Source: an uncultured Gammaproteobacteria bacterium | GTDB lineage: Bacteria; Pseudomonadota; Gammaproteobacteria; Steroidobacterales; Steroidobacteraceae | Direction of reading: 5' to 3' | DNA: 64,000 nucleotides | NCBI GenBank assembly: GCA_963701975.1 | Contig: OY969692.1 | Span: forward strand, 995,754-1,059,753 | Shown: positions 63,856-64,000 of the stretch, one piece after another | Layout: each line of letters starts with the position of its first letter | Numbering within the stretch: the stretch's first letter is position 1 | Program-made: the position numbers and the translations under genes | Notes under the pieces: model-generated | Told to the model about the DNA's origin: nothing | What the model saw: the letters and a program-made list of their open reading frames with translations, nothing else | The model's database searches: none

Positions 63856-64000
63856 ACACCTAGAGGATCGTCGCCACTCCCGGAGGAAGCCGAGGCTGGG
63901 CACCGCAGTGCGGTGCGCCAGACTTGGAATACGGAATCGGTTGGAAACATCCGGCTGCAGCGTGCCCGCTGCCAGCCGCGGTTGACTGCTGCCTTCGTTT

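Noticed and set aside
63645-63950. 101-aa minus-strand ORF with a poly-proline run
   Set aside because: It is the mirror image of the flp poly-Gly codons. flp has an RBS and a canonical Flp motif, and this ORF has neither.
1-64000. Scan by eye for tRNA, rRNA, tmRNA, CRISPR arrays, integrases, toxin-antitoxin pairs and known defence-system genes
   Set aside because: None recognised. The islet at 18.8-25.0 kb has no flanking tRNA or integrase. A tRNAscan, Infernal or DefenseFinder run would be needed for a definitive negative.

Overview
High-GC (judged by eye, not computed) proteobacterial chromosomal segment, mostly housekeeping and transport genes. The gene content looks like a Xanthomonadales/Nevskiales-type gammaproteobacterium, but that is inference only.

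Gene order, left to right:
- End of a type IV pilus minor-pilin operon (pilY1, 5'-truncated, then pilE), followed by aroK-aroB-dgt and pyrF.
- A minus-strand lipid module: tesA, fadD, a secreted 676-aa protein and a small secreted protein. It lies divergent from ybbA-ybbP.
- A BON-domain protein and a large secreted CXXCH-containing protein.
- A visibly less GC-rich ~6 kb islet holding a PAP2 phosphatase, a cupin, a secreted phosphoesterase and two decayed IS110-family relics.
- An acyl-CoA dehydrogenase, a LysR regulator and a methyltransferase.
- An ABC importer-like pair with no binding protein, an alpha/beta-hydrolase, and oxyR divergent from ahpC-ahpD with a recognisable OxyR operator.
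- A TetR-controlled RND efflux operon, then btuF.
- A CBS protein, an HPF-cold-shock fusion, nrdJ, an ftsH paralogue, a methyltransferase and an SDR.
- A complete trpEGDCFBA operon preceded by a Trp-Trp-Trp leader peptide and attenuator.
- A few small secreted or redox-like proteins, a YeiH-family transporter, an AraC regulator with a receiver-like domain, and an flp pilin gene at the right edge.

I found no tRNA, rRNA, CRISPR array, prophage or recognisable defence system.

The most notable observations are:
- Five conserved genes (pyrF, a small basic ORF, btuF, nrdJ, trpG) are each split by a single-nucleotide frame change.
- The trp attenuator.
- An Flp pilin with a 13-residue poly-glycine tail.
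- A 28-bp-stem AT-rich hairpin element.
- The IS110-bracketed phosphoesterase islet.

All functional calls come from motif recognition by eye. No database search was run.
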